Shown in pieces: positions 59,806 to 64,000 of a stretch of 64,000 nucleotides of DNA. The notes under the pieces are model-generated. The model had not been told where the DNA came from. It saw only the letters and a program-made list of their open reading frames with translations, and did not search any database. Made by a program: the position numbers and the translations under genes. Each line of letters starts with the position of its first letter. Position 1 is the first letter of the stretch. Location of the stretch: NCBI GenBank assembly GCA_000002445.1, contig CM000207.1, positions 2,720,001 through 2,784,000 on the forward strand, given 5' to 3'. This DNA is from Trypanosoma brucei (Eukaryota).

Positions 59806-61417
59806 TCATAAAGTGGAGCGAACATCTTTTAAACATTTAAAATACAATGTTACCAAACTCACAAAAGCAGCCATCAGAGCAAATTTCTTCTTGACGAGAA
59901 AACTGGAATCTTTGCAGTCTGTTTCTTCCCATTTGCAGTTTGCAGTGCATTCTTTCTCTCCTTTACCTACGCAAGTAGAAGTAGTTTTCCCATCATTTCC
60001 CTCTTTCTCTTTTTCTTCTTTTCGTTCATTTAGTTTTGGAAAGTATTTTGGGGTACTGTCTTTATCAAACTCACAGCCTGCCTTTCTAAAAGGTTCATCA
60101 GCGGTGTGACTTTTGCATACTTCTGCCGTTTTCGTTGACTTTGTTTCAGTTTTATTTTGTAATTTCCGCTTGATGTCAGTGATTTCGTTGTTAATCCTCA
60201 ATTTATAATGGTAAAGAATGGCGGTGAGCTCTGTTAACGAGCTGATTGCTCCCAGATTTTTTTTAGGTCAAGCCGGCCACACCCTCCCTGTATTCTATCT
60301 TCGTTAATTATGCCTTCCAGTTCCGTTATTTTGTCTTTGTCTTTGCCTCCTAGTTCATTTGTTATCGCCGCTTTGACGTCGCTTGCCGATTTTTATGTCT
60401 TCCAGTAGCAGTACTCTTTTGACTATATCTGCCAGCTTCGCCCATTTTTCTGTCGATTCTGTGTCGTTTTTAAAATCTGCAGCCTCGTCGGTTACAACTC
60501 CAGTTATTGCTTGATGAGCTTCTTGCCAAGCTGCAGCGGCGTTCGCTCCTTTATTTTTTAGATCGTCGGCTGCCGTTAGGTCGATTTCGCCTGCACTGTC
60601 CAGTATCTTCATATACCCGCCCATTGTGTAGACGGCATTTGCCTCGCTGCTAGTGTGCGTAAATCCGTCTCCGTGGTGGGCTGCTAGTAGGTTGTACTGC
60701 TGTGCTCCGCTGCTCTCCTGATGGGCGTGACTTTTGCCGTTGTTGTGGATCAGCTTCTCGAAGCCTGCAGCCGTTACGTAGGTTCTTGCGCTTTTTTTGG
60801 TTTCTGTCAGCGGTGTGATGTCCAAGAGACAGTCAGTTTCGTGCAGTTTGGCGCCGTTGTTCGGCCTTGTTTGTTGTGCTGTCTGCCTGTAGAAGGCACG
60901 CGTTGTTGTTCAACTTTGTCTGCTCTAGCATTTTGAGAAAGTCATCTATTCGTCCTTTGAGATAGCCAGATTCCTGGGCTCCTCTGATGTTAGATGCCAA
61001 TCCCGTAGTCGCATAGGCGTCTGCGGTTACGCCAGCTTTCGCACTAGGATATTTTGCATAAAGGAACGCTTGCCTAGACCTTTGTGTCCCCAAGTTTTTA
61101 GTTGAATACGCTTGTGCTCGCAGTTGTTGGATTGTCAGAGTTTTAGCAAAGCTTAGAGCTGAGGAACCGTGGGCAAGAACATCACCACCCACTAAACCTA
61201 GTTCTTCGCTGAGTCCGCAAATCGGCTGCCAGACGGTGTTTTTGAGGCCGCGGGATGCTACTGCATCGCTGACTTCGAAGCTCCAGTGAGCTGCCGCCAT
61301 CAGAGCGAAAACTCGCGTGGTTTCCTTTGGGTATTGCATGCTTTGGGTAGTCTCTTGACGGAAGTCTAATGCTGGAAAAAGCTCGTGAGTTGGTGGATGG
61401 TAATTATTACTCCCCAA
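59806..61417 (-). pseudogene. VSG: VSG-like pseudogene (diverged A-type N-domain, no signal peptide, frameshifted)
   Basis: ORF 59806..60201(-) C-domain ...CTANCKWEETDCKDSSFLVKKKFALMAAFVSL. ORFs 60355..60825(-) and 60833..61417(-) N-domain, with GRIDDFLKMLEQTKLNNNACLLQ parallel to the A-type GRIDNFVGIFKAAIGSTNYC. Confidence 0.55.
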
Positions 61418-62699
61418 AGAGGGTGTGTTTTGTTACGTCATGCTGATGCTTAGTTATTCTTAAAGCTAACGAAGGCAAAACCGTTGATTCTCGTGATTGT
61501 TTGTGAAGAACCGCAGTTTTGTATAGGAACCACGATTTTTGTCTACCGCTTTCGTGTGGCTCCGCCATTTGAATACCTACACGCCTGATAAACAACTGAA
61601 GTCATAGAAGTTTATGACAACTTTTAGTTTTGCGTGACGCTACACAGGTTGCGATTTTCTATAGACTGAAATAAAGGTCGATTCATATTTACGCCTTATC
61701 TAAAAAATCACCCAGTCTTCTTTCGGATATGCCGATTCTGAAGTAAAGAGACCTATGCAGAATCTATGAAAAGCTGTTCCAGAGCTTGCTGTTTCGCATC
61801 AGAATTCACCATCTATTAAAAAATACATCCACAACAAGTTTTAGAAGCTTAGAATAACATTTAGACACAGCGTCTCATCTTTTTAATATGCTGAGTAACA
61901 CTTATATAAATTAAAAAATGAAAAAACTGTATAATTTCAATAATAATTGATTAGTATCTTTTGAAGCTGGATTTCACTACAGTTTGTTGGAACTATTTAT
62001 TGTATTTTTCGGCTTCTAAAGATGCCTATCACGGGTAGTTCTGGATTTTTGTGATGTCATAAACGAATATCTTGCCTATTATATGGCAAATATCTTCATG
62101 CTATTCCGTGACCACTAGTGACTAGATTTTCTTACTGTTATTTTTGAATTTGGTTGTAGTAGAGCGCTATTATCAAGCATTTTCCTTTTCGTCTATTTCC
62201 GTTGTTTTCTCTTGTTTGATTTGTGGCTCGTTATTGTCAACAACTGGACATTGGTGCTCCTCCATCATATTTAAATCCAAGATCATCATCATCTATAACG
62301 TAGAATATATACATTTGTGAGTGAAATATAGAGGTCAATATCCTACTATATCTTTTTTCCCGCTGATTTGTGGTGTCAGATCGTATTCTGTCATTTCATT
62401 ATGCATTTATGGTTCTCTACTTGCTTTTTTGTCTCGAGTTTTTATGGATCACGTGTAAATTGTATTTTATCATACATAGATTCTGTTTTACACCATTTTC
62501 CTTTCTATCATCTTAATGAATGTAATGATACTCATCGTTATATCGGTGTTTGAAACCACAATATTCTGTTTGCCTCTCTCTTTATGTTTAAAGACATTTC
62601 TCGTGCTCTTCCTCACTCCTTTTCACACACTTACACCAACTGCACCGTGCCATCATTTCATTGCTTCATTTTTTCTTGTCAATTTGATGTCCATTACTT

Positions 62700-62785
62700 C
62701 TCTCATTATAATATTAGTATATACACACTCACAACACTCTCTTATTATTATAATCTTTATTATAATATTACTTCTCTTATAAATT
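62700..62785 (-). repeat. 70-bp repeat
   Basis: ctcattataatattagtatatacacactcacaacactctcttattattataatctttattataatattac. Confidence 0.75.
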
Positions 62786-63013
62786 TATCTAATATCCTCA
62801 AACAAAATAAGCCAATATAATAAATTTTTAATAATGACGCTAATTTTTCATTCACTATCACCATACTGCTTTACACCCATAGGATACTTTTATACTAACA
62901 CTTCATATTTTAAAAAATTTCACTAATTTTCACACTTTTATTAAAGGTGTTAAATATATCAAATTTAGAAAACTTCATTAATTTCATAAAGTCGAGGGGA
63001 AATCTTAAAAGTT

Positions 63014-64000
63014 TTATAGAATCAAAAATGCTAGCAAAAGAGGAGCTTTATTGATAACAAAAGAATTACTTACTGTGGTGTTTGTAGCTTTTCCATCTGT
63101 CCCTGTTGCTGCTGTGGTCGCTTTAACTTTGCACTCCCCATCTTTGTATTCACACCCATCCTTGTTGTTGCATTTAGTTTCGTCTTTTTCTCCCTTGCAC
63201 TCTTCTGGTTTTTTGGTGTCAATTGCTTTGGGTATGTTTTTCTTCTCTGCTTCAAGTTCCCTCTTGATTCTTATTCCTTCCATTAAGCTCACAGCTTGAT
63301 TGGTTTTCTCTGTAGAACTGGTTAGTTCGGTGATCTTTTTGCTTTCTACCTCTCCCTTGTCTCGTATGGGTGTGCTTTCACCCTCAAGTAGGGACTTGAA
63401 TTTGTCGTTGAAATTGTCTGCTGTTTCTCCGTAGCCTTTTTCTATCCATTTTATCAATTCTTTTGCCTTGCTGTTATCCGTTGGGTCGTCTATGTTGTGA
63501 AACGCAGGCCAGCAGTTGCGCACATAGGTTCGGATCGCATGAGACCCGCTGAGGCTTTTGCCGCTATATTCAGATATTTTTGTTGTGTTTGGTGTTAGCT
63601 TCACGCCCTCGCATATCGCCTTGGCTCGTCTTTTCAGTGGCTCATTTGCTGCATCTGCTGCTGTGATGTCTGAGTGGCAGGCTGTCTTGTCTTCGTTGCT
63701 CTTGAAAAAGTGGGTTGCTGTCCTGTAGGCTGATGCTGGCGGTTTGGCTTTTGTTATTTCGACAGCACCTGAGGCGCCGCTGAACGAACATGCGTTTAGT
63801 GCACCCGTAGCGCTTTGGCTGTTTTGCGTTGTGCAGCCGCCTTCGGCTGTAATTTTGATACCGTCCAGTTGATTGGCTTTGTTAACTTTTGATTTATCTG
63901 TGAGGTCCAGTTTAAAAAGGTCTTGCGGTTCCGGTGTTTCCCCTCCGAACGTTTCTTTTGCTTCGTCAGTTTCTAATTTGCACAGGTCTTCGCTTTTCGC
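63014..64000 (-). pseudogene. VSG: VSG, 3' two-thirds (runs off window end); frame break near 63604
   Basis: ORF 63014..63604(-) ...MEGIRIKRELEAEKKNIPKAIDTKKPEECKGEKDETKCNNKDGCEYKDGECK...NSFVINKAPLLLAFLIL. This is a paralog of VSG 46202..47656, with an identical roughly 310-bp 3' end. Upstream sequence to 64000 is VSG N-domain-like in other frames. Confidence 0.7.

Overview
This window reads as a subtelomeric variant surface glycoprotein (VSG) array of an African trypanosome, Trypanosoma brucei group. It is eukaryotic, not bacterial. The identification rests on features visible in the sequence. At least 20 ORFs or ORF fragments encode VSG-like proteins: an N-terminal signal peptide, A- or B-type N-domain motifs, Cys-rich C-terminal domains, and GPI-anchor signals such as ...NSFVINKAPLLLAFLIL or ...SSFLVNKKFALSMVSAAFVALLF. 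Each is followed 3' by the VSG 3'-UTR 16-mer TGATATATTTTAACAC (seen as its reverse complement gtgttaaaatatatca on the + strand for minus-strand genes). Each is preceded 5', at about 0.25 to 1.7 kb, by the VSG-associated 70-bp repeat (...ttattataatattcgtatatacacactcacaacactc... plus TAA/TTA triplet runs). Most cassettes lie on the minus strand. A plus-oriented block runs from about 19.5 to 28.3 kb and ends at a degenerate ingi non-LTR retrotransposon (about 28364 to 33605) with reverse transcriptase, RNase H and C2H2 zinc fingers. Nearly all VSGs are pseudogenes (frameshifts, in-frame stops, missing starts, fragments), as expected for such arrays; one (39732..41174, minus strand) looks intact. 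Other content: five copies of a GT31-like (beta-1,3-glycosyltransferase-like) pseudogene family in the regions between 70-bp repeat and VSG; three internal degenerate telomere-like (TTAGGG/CCCTAA) A-rich tracts, each between a VSG and a VSG 3'-end fragment; a (TA)10 microsatellite; and a shared roughly 310-bp VSG 3' end in two genes. No rRNA, tRNA or CRISPR was found. Family assignments are from visible motifs only; I ran no database search.
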